64,000 nt of DNA from Candidatus Parcubacteria bacterium (GCA_026004535.1 BPJI01000001.1:431424-495423); one strand, 5' to 3'; numbered from the stretch's first letter, positions 28,306 to 38,799 are shown. Program-made: numbers and translations. The notes: generated from the letters alone by a model not told the origin.

Positions 28306-29580
28306 TTATTTATTTTTAGTTAAAATAAGAAGACTCTCTAAATGAGGAGTATTTGGATAAAAATCAAAACCATAGACTCCTTTAATTTTATAGTCATTTT
28401 TTAAAAAATTAAAATCTCGAGCTTGAGTTATAGGATTGCAAGAAAGATAAAAAATATTTTGAGGTTTGGTTTTTAAAATTAAATTAATTAATTTTTTGTG
28501 AAGTCCTACCCGGGGAGGATCCAAAATTAATAAGTCAGTTTTTTCTAATAAATCAGAAGGAATCTTTTCTGAAGGCAAAAGGAGGGTTTTAAAATTTTTT
28601 ACCCCATTAATCTCAGCATTAATCTTTGCGTAACTTATTGAATTTTTATCAACATCAACAGCTAAAATTTCCTTAGCTTTTTCTTTTAAACTCAAACCAA
28701 TAACGCCGACTCCAGAATATAAATCAACAATCTTTTTAAAATCTTCACTATTTTCAATCATAATCTTTAAAGCTTCTTCAAAAAGTTCGATGTTATTTTG
28801 AAAAAAAGAATTATAATGATAAAAAAATTCAAGATTTAAAATTTTCTCCTTCAAATATTCCCTACCCCAAGAATTTAAAACTTCATCAAACCGACTAGCT
28901 GGGCTTTTAGGATTAGAAAAAGCAAAAACAAAACCGGAAATTTTTTTATTTCGGTAAATAAAAGATTGATTTCTGTTTTTAGTTAATAAAGAGAGATGAA
29001 TATCATTAGTCCTTTTAGCTTTTCTGATAATTAAACTTTTCAAGTCTTTTAATCTTTCAAAATCTATTTTCTCTAAAAGGTCCAAAGCTAATTTATTTGC
29101 TTCTTCGTCAATTAATAAACAGCCATTTTCTAGTTTTAATTTCTCTTTATAATTGCCTCTTTTATAAAAAGCTAAAAAATGTTTTTCTCCTTCTTCTAAA
29201 AAGCTATATTCAATTTTAGTTCGATAACCAAAAATCTCTTTTGCTGGATAAAAATTGTCTAAATTGACTTGGCAATCGGCAAATTTTAGATAGATTTCTT
29301 TGAGTATATTTTTTTTAATTTTTATTTGAAAGTCATAAGAAAAAGTTTGCCAAGGTGAGCAAGAAAGATAATGATTTTCTTTAGCTTCAATTCTATAAGG
29401 TGACTTATTCAAAACTTTCAAAAGTTCGGCTTCAATAAATTCCTTTCTATTTTTAATTATCTTAACTAATGCTTTCTCTCCTGGTAAAATCCCGTAAGCA
29501 AAAACAATTCTGTTCCCAAATTTTCCAACACTTACACCATTATGTTCTATATTTTCAAAATTTAATTTAATTGTTTCCAT
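28306..29580 (-). CDS. 23S rRNA (uracil-5-)-methyltransferase RlmD/RumA-like (TRAM plus class I SAM MTase)
   Basis: N-terminal TRAM-like domain, SAM motif DLYSGVGVIGLSL, and LLILDPPRVG. Confidence 0.65.
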   Translation of the reverse strand: METIKLNFENIEHNGVSVGKFGNRIVFAYGILPGEKALVKIIKNRKEFIEAELLKVLNKSPYRIEAKENHYLSCSPWQTFSYDFQIKIKKNILKEIYLKFADCQVNLDNFYPAKEIFGYRTKIEYSFLEEGEKHFLAFYKRGNYKEKLKLENGCLLIDEEANKLALDLLEKIDFERLKDLKSLIIRKAKRTNDIHLSLLTKNRNQSFIYRNKKISGFVFAFSNPKSPASRFDEVLNSWGREYLKEKILNLEFFYHYNSFFQNNIELFEEALKIMIENSEDFKKIVDLYSGVGVIGLSLKEKAKEILAVDVDKNSISYAKINAEINGVKNFKTLLLPSEKIPSDLLEKTDLLILDPPRVGLHKKLINLILKTKPQNIFYLSCNPITQARDFNFLKNDYKIKGVYGFDFYPNTPHLESLLILTKNK

Positions 29581-30262
29581 TTCCTAAATAACGCCAATGC
29601 CAGGGTTCAAAGATATAATATTTATTATTTTTAGGAAAACTTTGATAAAAACCAAATTTATTAGCATTTTTAACTAACCATAGGTATTCATCTGTTTTGA
29701 GAAAAATTTTTGATTCTTTTTCATTTAAAGGGATGCCGTTTTGGGTAATAATATCTATTGCGGTCTTAAAATAATCATTATGTTCACTAAATCCAGGCAA
29801 AGCTATTTTTTTAAGAGTTTTCTCTAAATTGAATTTATTATTAATTAATTCTTGAATTAAAATTAAAAGTTGATAGCCTATTGATCTATATCCCGATTCT
29901 AAAACTATCGTTTTTTTAATCTCTTTTTGCATAGTTTTTCTCATTGAATTAAAAGCCTTATAAACATGGAACGGCAAGTATTGAGAATAAAGTTTTATTT
30001 TTTTTCCATCTCGATAATAAATTTCATTTTTTAAAACAACGAATTTAAAATTTTTCCTTACGTCTCCAAAATAAGTTAGTTTATTTTTTGGTTTTAATTT
30101 TAAAAATTTTCTTAAAATTTCTTTTTCTTTTTTATTAAAATAATATAAAATCTTTTTAATAGGTAAAATAACCAGAAAATTTTTTTTAGAACTTGTTTGC
30201 AGAAATTTAAATTTCTTATCAATATTAAGCAAAACGATTTTGATTTCTTTATTAATTTGCAT
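29567..30262 (-). CDS. D-alanyl-D-alanine carboxypeptidase-like peptidase M15 (VanY family)
   Basis: ESGYRSIGYQ, PGFSEHNDYFKTAIDI and EPWHWRY, the Zn-ligand motifs of M15B/VanY. Confidence 0.65.
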   Translation of the reverse strand: MQINKEIKIVLLNIDKKFKFLQTSSKKNFLVILPIKKILYYFNKKEKEILRKFLKLKPKNKLTYFGDVRKNFKFVVLKNEIYYRDGKKIKLYSQYLPFHVYKAFNSMRKTMQKEIKKTIVLESGYRSIGYQLLILIQELINNKFNLEKTLKKIALPGFSEHNDYFKTAIDIITQNGIPLNEKESKIFLKTDEYLWLVKNANKFGFYQSFPKNNKYYIFEPWHWRYLGNGNN

Positions 30263-31280
30263 TTAAAAACTCATAAACAGCCCTTTTTACTGCTTCTTTA
30301 TTCATTCCATATTTTTGAATTAATTCATCAGGGTTGCCTGATTCAGCAAAAGTATTTTGAAGTCCTAAAAATTTTATTGGTGGAATAGAAAAAAATCCAT
30401 ATTGTCTTTGAAAATCAATATTCATTAAAGCTTCACCAATAGCACTTCCCATTCCACCTTGAACTTGATGATCTTCTAAAGTAATGATTCCTTTAACTTT
30501 TTTAGTAATTTCAAAAATTTTTTCAACATCAAGTGGTTTGATTGTATGAACATTTAAAACATAAACATCTATTCCCTCCTCTTCCAAGTCTTTAGCAGCT
30601 AAAAGTGCTTGATAGACTAAATGGCCAGTTGCAAACACTGCAACTAAATTTTTGTCTGCGTTAGTCTGTGGTACCCAGAATTCTTCAATCTTACCGAATC
30701 TAAAAGGAGTCTCTTCTGTTGTTATTATTGGTGTTTTATCTCTTACATATCTGATATAAAACGGACCATAAACTTCTGCTGAATATAATGTTGCTTTTTT
30801 TGCTTCCCAATAGTCACAAGGAGAAATAACCCTTATATTTGGCCAGCATCTGGTAATAGCAATATCTTCAGTTGCTTGATGAGTAGCACCATCAGGACCA
30901 GTGACAATACCTGAATGATGACCAGCAATTTTTACATTGGAATCATTATAAACTATTGTTGTTCTGATTGTTTCCCAATTTTTACCAGGAGAAAAAGCTG
31001 CATAAGAAGAAATAAAAGCAATTTTTCCACTTACACCTAAACCAGCAGCAATTCCAGCCATATTTTGTTCAGCTACGCCACATTCAATAAATCTTTGGGG
31101 AAATTTTTCAGCAAATTTATTAGATCGAGTTGATTCAGTTAAGTCAGCAGTTAAAACAACAACATTAGGATTTTTTTCACCAAGTTCAACTAAAGCATCA
31201 CCATAACCATCTCTGATTGGTTTTTGTTCAACCTCTTGATCAAAAATTTTGGGATTTAATTTTAGTTTGGGATTAAGCAT
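30252..31280 (-). CDS. transketolase, C-terminal (pyrimidine-binding) subunit
   Basis: Split-type transketolase. Its start overlaps the N-subunit stop (TAATG). Confidence 0.85.
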   Translation of the reverse strand: MLNPKLKLNPKIFDQEVEQKPIRDGYGDALVELGEKNPNVVVLTADLTESTRSNKFAEKFPQRFIECGVAEQNMAGIAAGLGVSGKIAFISSYAAFSPGKNWETIRTTIVYNDSNVKIAGHHSGIVTGPDGATHQATEDIAITRCWPNIRVISPCDYWEAKKATLYSAEVYGPFYIRYVRDKTPIITTEETPFRFGKIEEFWVPQTNADKNLVAVFATGHLVYQALLAAKDLEEEGIDVYVLNVHTIKPLDVEKIFEITKKVKGIITLEDHQVQGGMGSAIGEALMNIDFQRQYGFFSIPPIKFLGLQNTFAESGNPDELIQKYGMNKEAVKRAVYEFLNAN

Positions 31281-32143
31281 TACTGATGCTCACTAATTAT
31301 TTTTCCTCCTAATGTTCTTAATTCATCTAAAGCTTTTTTGGCTTCTTCTTTGTTTGGTGGCTTACCGTGCCATTCAAATTTCTTTTCCATAAAACTTACT
31401 CCTTTTCCTGGAATTGTATAAGCAATAATAACTGAAGTTCTTCTCCATTCTGATTTAGTTTCTCTAATTGCATCAACAAAAGAACGAATATTATGACCAT
31501 CAACTTCTAAAACATGGAGTCCAAAAGATTCTAGTTTTTGTTTTAATGGTTCAAGGGGCATAACATCTTCAGTTACTCCATCAATTTGAATGTAGTTTCG
31601 ATCAATTATTATTGTTAAATTAGGTAAAGGATTTTTGCCAAGCCACATATAGGCTTCCCAGGTATTTCCCTCTTGATGCTCACCATCAGAAGTAAGACAA
31701 TAAACATGATAATCTTTTTTATCTAAAATTCCAGCATAAGCAATACCAATTGCTTGAGAAATTCCTTCGCCTAATGGACCTGAACTGGTTTCTACTCCTG
31801 GAAGTGTTGTTCGATGAGGATGACCTTGAAGACGAGAATCTATTTTTCTTAAAGTTTTTAATTCTTCAATCGGAAAATAACCAGCAAGTGCCATTGCTGC
31901 ATAGCGAACAGGACAAATATGACCATTAGATAAAATTAATCTATCTCTATCAGGCCAATCAGGATTTTGAGGATCATGACGCAAAATATGAAAATAAAAA
32001 GCTGAAAAAATATCAGCCATTCCTAATGGTCCAGCAGAATGACCAGAACCAGCCTCTAAAAGCATTTCAATTATCAATTGTCTTATTTCATTTGCTTTCT
32101 CTTCTAAAAATTTCACCTTTTCATCATGAAGTTCCTCGATCAT
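31280..32143 (-). CDS. transketolase, N-terminal (TPP-binding) subunit
   Basis: GHSAGPLGMADI and TSDGEHQEG TPP-binding motifs. Confidence 0.85.
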   Translation of the reverse strand: MIEELHDEKVKFLEEKANEIRQLIIEMLLEAGSGHSAGPLGMADIFSAFYFHILRHDPQNPDWPDRDRLILSNGHICPVRYAAMALAGYFPIEELKTLRKIDSRLQGHPHRTTLPGVETSSGPLGEGISQAIGIAYAGILDKKDYHVYCLTSDGEHQEGNTWEAYMWLGKNPLPNLTIIIDRNYIQIDGVTEDVMPLEPLKQKLESFGLHVLEVDGHNIRSFVDAIRETKSEWRRTSVIIAYTIPGKGVSFMEKKFEWHGKPPNKEEAKKALDELRTLGGKIISEHQ

Positions 32144-32164
32144 TGTTTAAATTATAAGATTATT

Positions 32165-33142
32165 TTAAAAAGTTTCAAAATAAGAAAATCTATTTTTTGC
32201 TTTTCGCCAAATAATTTCTATTTTTTCAACCTTAGCTAATATTGGTCCTCGTTTTATTTTTTCTAAAAATTCTTGTAAATTCTTTTCTTTACCTTGAGCT
32301 AAAACCTCAATACTGCCATCTGTTAAATTTTTAGCATAACCAAAAATTCCTAAATTTTGTGCCCAATTACGGCAAAATAATCTAAAACCAACTCTCTGTA
32401 CTCTGCCATAAACTTTGACGTAAAATTCTAAATAATCTTTCTCTATATCTTCAAAACTTAATGCTTCTTCCAAGGTAAATTCATTTATTTTAGTTCTAAC
32501 TAAAGATTTTAAATAAGCACCACAACCTAATTTTTGACCAATATCATGAGCTAAACTTCTAATATAAGTTCCTGATGAAACTTCAACTTCAATTTTAAGG
32601 ATCTTTTCTTTTAAATCTAAAATTTTAATATTATAAATTTTTACTTTTCTTGGTTTTAAATCAACCTTTAAGCCTTTCCTTGCTAATTTATATGCTCTTT
32701 TGCCTTTTATTTTTATAGCTGAATAAGGTGGAGGAATTTGTTCTATCTCGCCAATAAAACCTGCTAATATTTTTTCTATCTCTGATATATTTAGGTTCGT
32801 ATCAGTTCGCGTTAAGCCATGAACCAGAGCAGAGCTCGGTTCATGGTCCTGAACCCTTCGTGGTTCAGGATTCGCATCGGTTCGCACTATGTTTCCGGTT
32901 ATATCATAAGTATCAGAGATAGCACCTAATTCAATTTCAGCAATATAAGTTTTTCTACTTTCTTTTAAAAATTTTGTTAGTTCTTTTGTATAGTCATCAA
33001 TTCCCAAAATTAAAAGTCCTTCAGCAAAAGGATCTAATGTTCCTCCATGCCCAACTTTTTTCTTAGTTAATTTTTTAAAATAATTAACAATCTGAACAGA
33101 AGTATAATTTTGGGGTTTATTAAACAGAACTAATCCTTCCAT
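32165..33142 (-). CDS. truB: tRNA pseudouridine(55) synthase TruB fused to a C-terminal acylphosphatase-like domain; contains an in-frame ggttc-word insert
   Basis: N-terminal TruB (HGGTLDPFAEGLLILGI). C-terminal VYGRVQRVGFR ... GYAKNLTDGSIEVLAQG acylphosphatase signatures. GC-rich insert at 32795-32905. Confidence 0.7.
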   Translation of the reverse strand: MEGLVLFNKPQNYTSVQIVNYFKKLTKKKVGHGGTLDPFAEGLLILGIDDYTKELTKFLKESRKTYIAEIELGAISDTYDITGNIVRTDANPEPRRVQDHEPSSALVHGLTRTDTNLNISEIEKILAGFIGEIEQIPPPYSAIKIKGKRAYKLARKGLKVDLKPRKVKIYNIKILDLKEKILKIEVEVSSGTYIRSLAHDIGQKLGCGAYLKSLVRTKINEFTLEEALSFEDIEKDYLEFYVKVYGRVQRVGFRLFCRNWAQNLGIFGYAKNLTDGSIEVLAQGKEKNLQEFLEKIKRGPILAKVEKIEIIWRKAKNRFSYFETF

Positions 33143-33214
33143 AGAGATTAATAAACTTAAAAGTTGAACTATTGAATTTAAATTGATCGAGGGGTAAATA
33201 ATCGTTAAAATTTA

Positions 33215-33397
33215 TTAAATAAAAAATTTGTATAAATCCTTAGTATTTTTATAAACATTAAATCTACCATCAAGAATCTCTTTTTTACTTAGTAGAACAT
33301 CTAATTCTAATCTTTTCCTTTTGATATCTCTATATATTTTATTAGATTTAGATATTTCTTTCTTCGATAAACTTTGTTTATAATTTTCTTTAGTCAT
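33215..33397 (-). CDS. hypothetical small basic protein
   Basis: 60-aa ORF, weak. Confidence 0.2.
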   Translation of the reverse strand: MTKENYKQSLSKKEISKSNKIYRDIKRKRLELDVLLSKKEILDGRFNVYKNTKDLYKFFI

Positions 33398-33438
33398 ATT
33401 AATGTAATGTTATTAGGTTTCTAAATTATTTTTAAATT

Positions 33439-33942
33439 TTAATAAATAAAAAGAAAATAATATAAAAATGGCAGTGATACCCAATAAAGAAAATTAGTTA
33501 TAAATTCTATAAAAACTCTGGATTTTGATTTTTTTACTTCATAACCCATTTTTTGTAAAAATCTCTCTCTTCTGAAAATAAATAATGTGCTTTCACCTGT
33601 TTTTATTTCTAGTAATAAATCGGGAATTCTCGTTAACATCAAAATTATAGCGACTGTAGTGACGCCTATATTAGTAAAATAAAAAATAATGTACAGATAT
33701 CCCAGGATTAAAAACAGTGATACAATACTAAGCACCTTAGCTGATTGCTCATTTTTTTTGATCTCCTGTTCAATTACAGAATGGACTTCTTTTTTTAACT
33801 CCTTAATATTTTTTGTCTGCCCATATAAAAGAGATCTCATAAACAGTCCTATTAAATTAGTACCTATAAATATCAAAACTATCCAAATTATTATTGTAAG
33901 TAATATATTAAAAATAATCATTTTGAAAGTAATAAAATTCAC
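33439..33942 (-). CDS. hypothetical membrane protein
   Basis: 167 aa with 4 predicted TM helices. Confidence 0.4.
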   Translation of the reverse strand: MNFITFKMIIFNILLTIIIWIVLIFIGTNLIGLFMRSLLYGQTKNIKELKKEVHSVIEQEIKKNEQSAKVLSIVSLFLILGYLYIIFYFTNIGVTTVAIILMLTRIPDLLLEIKTGESTLFIFRRERFLQKMGYEVKKSKSRVFIEFITNFLYWVSLPFLYYFLFIY

Positions 33943-34045
33943 TATAATTATATTATATTTTAAAAATTAACTTTAAAATAATTTTCTACCCTTATTTTTA
34001 TAGTCTCTTCGTTAAAATATGTTCTCTTTAATATACACAGCTTGT

Positions 34046-34663
34046 TTATTTAAATCTGCTTAGGTAAGTATCAATTTTCCAAAGAAGAACAACGATCCAA
34101 AAATACGCTAAGAAATTAACGATTTTGGTTATGTTAGTGAAAATAATTATTAAACTTCCGTCTGGGGGTAAAGTAACTTCTTGTATGAATTGAAAAACAA
34201 AAAGAAGAATAGAAGAAAATAAAAGCAACATTGATTCAAATTTAAATTTAAATTTCCAAGTGTATTTTATTGCCAATACAAGAAAAACTATATAGAAAAT
34301 TTGCGATAATAAAATGAACCACAATGGCATAAGTAAAATTCCTTTTAAGTTTTCTACTGACGTAATATTTGATAAAACATAAGTAGCTATCCCTAGAATT
34401 GATAGTGTTTTAGGTCTAATTACGCCATTATTTTTATAAAAATCAAAATTATATAAACGAGCATCCCTTAATATGGAATCATAAAATAATTTTTTTTCTT
34501 TACTAGATAAACTTTGATAAGCCTCTAAGATTTCTTTAAACTTTTCGGGATCACCACCTCTGTCTGGATGATATTTTTTAACTAATTCTCTAAATTTCTT
34601 TTTTATTTCCTCTTCTGATGAGTATTCTGGTATCCCTAGAATTTCATAATAGTTTTTATTCAT
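34046..34663 (-). CDS. DnaJ (J-domain) membrane protein
   Basis: N-terminal J domain YYEILGI...HPD. C-terminal half has TM helices. Confidence 0.7.
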   Translation of the reverse strand: MNKNYYEILGIPEYSSEEEIKKKFRELVKKYHPDRGGDPEKFKEILEAYQSLSSKEKKLFYDSILRDARLYNFDFYKNNGVIRPKTLSILGIATYVLSNITSVENLKGILLMPLWFILLSQIFYIVFLVLAIKYTWKFKFKFESMLLLFSSILLFVFQFIQEVTLPPDGSLIIIFTNITKIVNFLAYFWIVVLLWKIDTYLSRFK

Positions 34664-34720
34664 CTTTAACTATTTTATATATTTATTTATAAAATAATTA
34701 TCTTCATTAAATCTTAAAAT

Positions 34721-37501
34721 TTAATATTTCATTTGCAACCTTATTTTTCTATTAATTTTTGCTTTTTCTAAAATAACATTCTTTGTTTTTTCAAATCGCT
34801 TAAAGTTTTCTTGGTTCAAAAATTCTTCAAGTTCTTTTTCCTCAACAAAAGCACCGATATAAGGAATTGTTGATTTTAATATTTTAATTAAAACAAAATC
34901 ACTTTTACCTGGCCCACCACCTTTTTCTTCTAATTTTTGCCAATTTTCTTTTAACCAATTAAAAGTGAATTTTGCTGCATTTGAATTTAAAGAAACTGAA
35001 TTGAAAAAGAAAATAGTCTGATTAAATCTAACTTGTGAAGAAAGAATAAATTCAAAAATAGAACTTAACTTTTCTAAATTTTGTAAATTACCAAAAGCAA
35101 TTAAACATTTATTTTGTTCTTCAATCAAATTAGTCTGATGATAATAATTCAAAAGTTTTTCTAAATAGTTATCATTAGCAATTAAAGCATTATTAAAGAT
35201 TGCTTGTTTAATATCAGGATGAAGTTTTTCTTTGTCTTTTAAAAATTCTTCAAATTTTTCTTGGCTGAAATCTAAAATCTCTTTATTCTTCAAAATTCCC
35301 AAAGAAAATAGAGTTTTTTGCCTTAAAACTGTTTCATAAGGTTGTTCACCTTCCCTCGGCTCTTTTCCTAAAATATCCAAAACTTTTAAAGAAAATTTTT
35401 CTAATAAAGCGGAAAGGTCAGAAACGGACGCGGAACGAACGGAATAAGCGGAACTGGTTTTTCCGTCTGTTCCATTTTTTCCGTGTCCGTTTCCGTCTGT
35501 TCTGCTTTGATCTGTATCAATTCTGCGCAGTTCCGCGTTTAGTCTGCGTTGGTCTACGTCTATCCTGCGTTGGTCTGCGTTTAGTAAATAATAATAAAAA
35601 TTTAAATAAGAAATAATTTCACTAAAAACAAAGGGTTTAGAATTATTGATAAAATATTTTTCTAAAATTTCTAAAAAGTTTTCAAAATTTTTCTCACCCT
35701 TTCTAACTAACATATCATAATCATGAACTAAATGAACCTGATCAATTTCATTTAATTTTTCTAAATTCTCTAAATTTCTTTTTAGAATTTCTTCATCATA
35801 ATCACTAACAAAAAAACTTGAATAGTTTTTATTAAGAATAAAAGTTGAAAAATTAGATTCAGGAATTGGGGCGATTTCTTCTTTTTCTTTTAATATTTTT
35901 CTTTCTTCTTTATTATCAATTTCAATCACAAAAGGAATTTTCCAATAATCTTCTCTGTCTTCTAAAAATAAGAATCTCCTTTGTCTTAAACAGTATCTGC
36001 CTTGCTCTTTTTTAAAACTTACCAAAGGATAGCCAACTTTTTCAATATAATCTTTCATAATCTCAACCACTGGCACACTCGAAACTTCTTCTAAGCATTG
36101 CCACAAATCTTCTGCTTTAGCATTTTGATAAGTAAATTTTTTAATATACAGCCTCAATCCTTCTCTAAATTTTTCTTCACCTAAATAATTCTCAATCATC
36201 CTTAAAACACTGCCACCTTTTTCATAAGATATCTCATCAAAAATTTCAACTGACTCATTTGGATCTTTAACCTCAACTTTAATCGGGTGAGAAGCAATCA
36301 AACCATCAGCATTCAAAGCACTAAAAACTTCATCCAAAACATATTTTTCTAAAATTCTCCAATTAGGATAAAAATTATTAACAGCTTTATAAGCTAAATA
36401 AGTGGCAAAGCTTTCATTTAACCATAAATCGTCCCACCACTTCATTGTTACTAAATTACCAAACCACATATGAACTAATTCATGAGCAATAACTTCAGCA
36501 ATTCTTTCTTGGGTAGATTTTGGTGTTATGCCTTCGAAAACTAAAAGTAAATTCTCGCGAAAAGTAATTGCTCCCCAATTTTCCATTGCTCCAGCAGCAA
36601 AATCAGGAACAGCGATTAGATCTAATTTTTTTAAGGGATAAGGGGAATCAAAATATTCTTCTAAATAATTTAAAAATTTTTTAGCATTTTCTAAAGCAAA
36701 TCTTACTCCTTCTAATTTTTCCTTTGGCGTAACTGCCACTCGAATAATAACTTCTTTATATTTATCTTCAACAAAATACCAATCACCAATTCCAATATAC
36801 AAAAGATAAGTTGACATCTTGGGAGTTGTTTCAAAAATCACTTTTTTCTTTTCATTAACAATTTCTTCTTTAATTGGCAAAGTATTGGAAATTGCTTTTA
36901 ATTCTTTAGGAAAAATTAAAGTTAAATCAAACGTTGCTTTTTTATCTGGGTCATCAAAACAAGGAAAAGCTTTGCGTGCTTCAATTGGTTCAAATTGAGT
37001 TGTGATTAAACATTTTTCTTGTTCTTTGTCTTTATATTTACTTAAATAAATTCCTCCTAAAACCTCTTTTAATTCTCCTTCAAAATCAATAAAAATAGTA
37101 TTATCTTTTTCAGAAAAATTATTTTTAATCAAAATTCCATCTTTTTGAACTTCAAAATCTACATCTTGGTCATTCACTTTTAGCTGATTAATTTTTAAAT
37201 CAACAGCATCAATTTTTAGAAAATTACCCCGATGATCACCTGATAGATTACCCGGATAATTGTCTGGCATATTACCCGGATAATCACTGGATAAATCCGG
37301 TTCATATTCGGGTAGTATTATCCGGTTAATATCCGGGTGGTTCCATCCGGTTTGAATCCGGGTAGCTGTATCTGGTTTTAATCCGGGTAAACTAATTCTT
37401 ATCTCTTCTCTGCCTCGATAAATATTCTTCTCTAAATCAAAGTCTAATTCAATTTTATAATTTCTAACTTCCATTATTTTTCCTTGATAAATTTTCAACA
37501 A
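34721..37501 (-). CDS. pepN: aminopeptidase N (M1 family) with in-frame repeat insertions
   Basis: GAMENWG exopeptidase motif and HELVHMWFGNLVT...WLNESFA zinc motif. The acggaa/ctgcg element at 35395-35580 and the ccggat element at 37228-37392 sit inside the ORF. Confidence 0.85.
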   Translation of the reverse strand: MLKIYQGKIMEVRNYKIELDFDLEKNIYRGREEIRISLPGLKPDTATRIQTGWNHPDINRIILPEYEPDLSSDYPGNMPDNYPGNLSGDHRGNFLKIDAVDLKINQLKVNDQDVDFEVQKDGILIKNNFSEKDNTIFIDFEGELKEVLGGIYLSKYKDKEQEKCLITTQFEPIEARKAFPCFDDPDKKATFDLTLIFPKELKAISNTLPIKEEIVNEKKKVIFETTPKMSTYLLYIGIGDWYFVEDKYKEVIIRVAVTPKEKLEGVRFALENAKKFLNYLEEYFDSPYPLKKLDLIAVPDFAAGAMENWGAITFRENLLLVFEGITPKSTQERIAEVIAHELVHMWFGNLVTMKWWDDLWLNESFATYLAYKAVNNFYPNWRILEKYVLDEVFSALNADGLIASHPIKVEVKDPNESVEIFDEISYEKGGSVLRMIENYLGEEKFREGLRLYIKKFTYQNAKAEDLWQCLEEVSSVPVVEIMKDYIEKVGYPLVSFKKEQGRYCLRQRRFLFLEDREDYWKIPFVIEIDNKEERKILKEKEEIAPIPESNFSTFILNKNYSSFFVSDYDEEILKRNLENLEKLNEIDQVHLVHDYDMLVRKGEKNFENFLEILEKYFINNSKPFVFSEIISYLNFYYYLLNADQRRIDVDQRRLNAELRRIDTDQSRTDGNGHGKNGTDGKTSSAYSVRSASVSDLSALLEKFSLKVLDILGKEPREGEQPYETVLRQKTLFSLGILKNKEILDFSQEKFEEFLKDKEKLHPDIKQAIFNNALIANDNYLEKLLNYYHQTNLIEEQNKCLIAFGNLQNLEKLSSIFEFILSSQVRFNQTIFFFNSVSLNSNAAKFTFNWLKENWQKLEEKGGGPGKSDFVLIKILKSTIPYIGAFVEEKELEEFLNQENFKRFEKTKNVILEKAKINRKIRLQMKY

Positions 37502-38000
37502 TATTTATTTGACTAAATGGAATAAAAACTTTAGACCCATTTTCTGTTTCTAAAATTAAATAACGAGAGGTAAAATCAATAACCTTACCTTTAAAACTAT
37601 TATTAATTATAATTTCTTCATTCTTTCTAAAAACATCCTCAAAAACAAAAAGCCAACCAGTAAAAACATCACGCAGATTATTTTGAAAAATTAAAACCAA
37701 AACCGCACCTAAAGCACCAGCTCCAGTCAAAATAGCATTAACATTAAGTTTAAATTGTTTCAAAACAAAAATAAAAAAAATAAAAAGCAAAATAAATCTT
37801 AAAATCATCTTCACTGTCTTAATAATAGTAACAACTCTTTCTAAATGAAATAATTTGGCACTTGCCTTGAATGCTAAAGATAAAATTTTGGCTATTAAAA
37901 AATAGATCAAAACCAAAAACAAAGTAAAAATTAAAATTGACTGTATCTCGTCTTTAAACTGACTTAATAAATTAAAAATTAAACTATAATATACCTGCAT
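37464..38000 (-). CDS. small-conductance mechanosensitive channel (MscS family, short form)
   Basis: TM helices followed by the MscS beta domain (GKVIDFTSRYLILETENGSKVFIPFSQI). Confidence 0.55.
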   Translation of the reverse strand: MQVYYSLIFNLLSQFKDEIQSILIFTLFLVLIYFLIAKILSLAFKASAKLFHLERVVTIIKTVKMILRFILLFIFFIFVLKQFKLNVNAILTGAGALGAVLVLIFQNNLRDVFTGWLFVFEDVFRKNEEIIINNSFKGKVIDFTSRYLILETENGSKVFIPFSQINIVENLSRKNNGS

Positions 38001-38011
38001 CTTTTAAATCA

Positions 38012-38794
38012 TTATATTTCTCCTCTTAAAAATTTCCTAACTCCTTCCTCTGGATTTTTATACCTTATGGCAAGAAAAATTTTAAAGGATAGAGTATATA
38101 ATTTTTTATAAATTGGATCTTTCCTTAAATTTTCTGCCTCTTCTATGGTAAAACCTTCACTTATTGCTATATTTGTTATGTTTTCATCTGTTAAGGTATG
38201 TTCTAAGTGATATTTAACTCTTTGTAGGGCTTCAAGAGGATTGGATATGTTATAAATAGCAAAATGAATTTTTCTACTCCGAGTAAATATCTCTCTTACT
38301 TCTTCAAGTGGAATATTGAGTTGTTGAGAGATAAATTCATCTGAGTTTATGAATTTATTTATAAATTCATAGTCTTGATAAACAGCAATTTTTTTAGCGT
38401 TTTCTAATATTTTTGGAGGAAGTGGTAATTTTTTAGATAAAGCAGATGCTATTTCTTCTAAATTAATTATTAACATCTCAGCTAGGAGTCTAAGTTTATC
38501 TTTATTATTAAAAATTGATTCTTCTAAAATATTTTGTCTTTTTAGTTCAGCAGCAATTTTTTCCAAAGCTACTCTGAGAAATTGTTTAAATTCTTGTCTA
38601 TACTCAGGTAAAATCCCAATTAATTGAGAATTTTCAGGATAGTCAATTACTTCATTAATAACATCTTTAATGTTATTAAGAAATTTTTCGGGCAATTCAG
38701 GTTTTCTTCCTCCCTTAAAACTCCTTCTTGCTATTTGTTGAATATTACTTAATAAATCTTCTGCTTCTTTTCTTATATTTTCAATACTTCTCAT
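38012..38794 (-). CDS. hypothetical protein
   Basis: 260-aa alpha-helical ORF. No family recognised. Confidence 0.4.
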   Translation of the reverse strand: MRSIENIRKEAEDLLSNIQQIARRSFKGGRKPELPEKFLNNIKDVINEVIDYPENSQLIGILPEYRQEFKQFLRVALEKIAAELKRQNILEESIFNNKDKLRLLAEMLIINLEEIASALSKKLPLPPKILENAKKIAVYQDYEFINKFINSDEFISQQLNIPLEEVREIFTRSRKIHFAIYNISNPLEALQRVKYHLEHTLTDENITNIAISEGFTIEEAENLRKDPIYKKLYTLSFKIFLAIRYKNPEEGVRKFLRGEI

Positions 38795-38799
38795 TTTCG

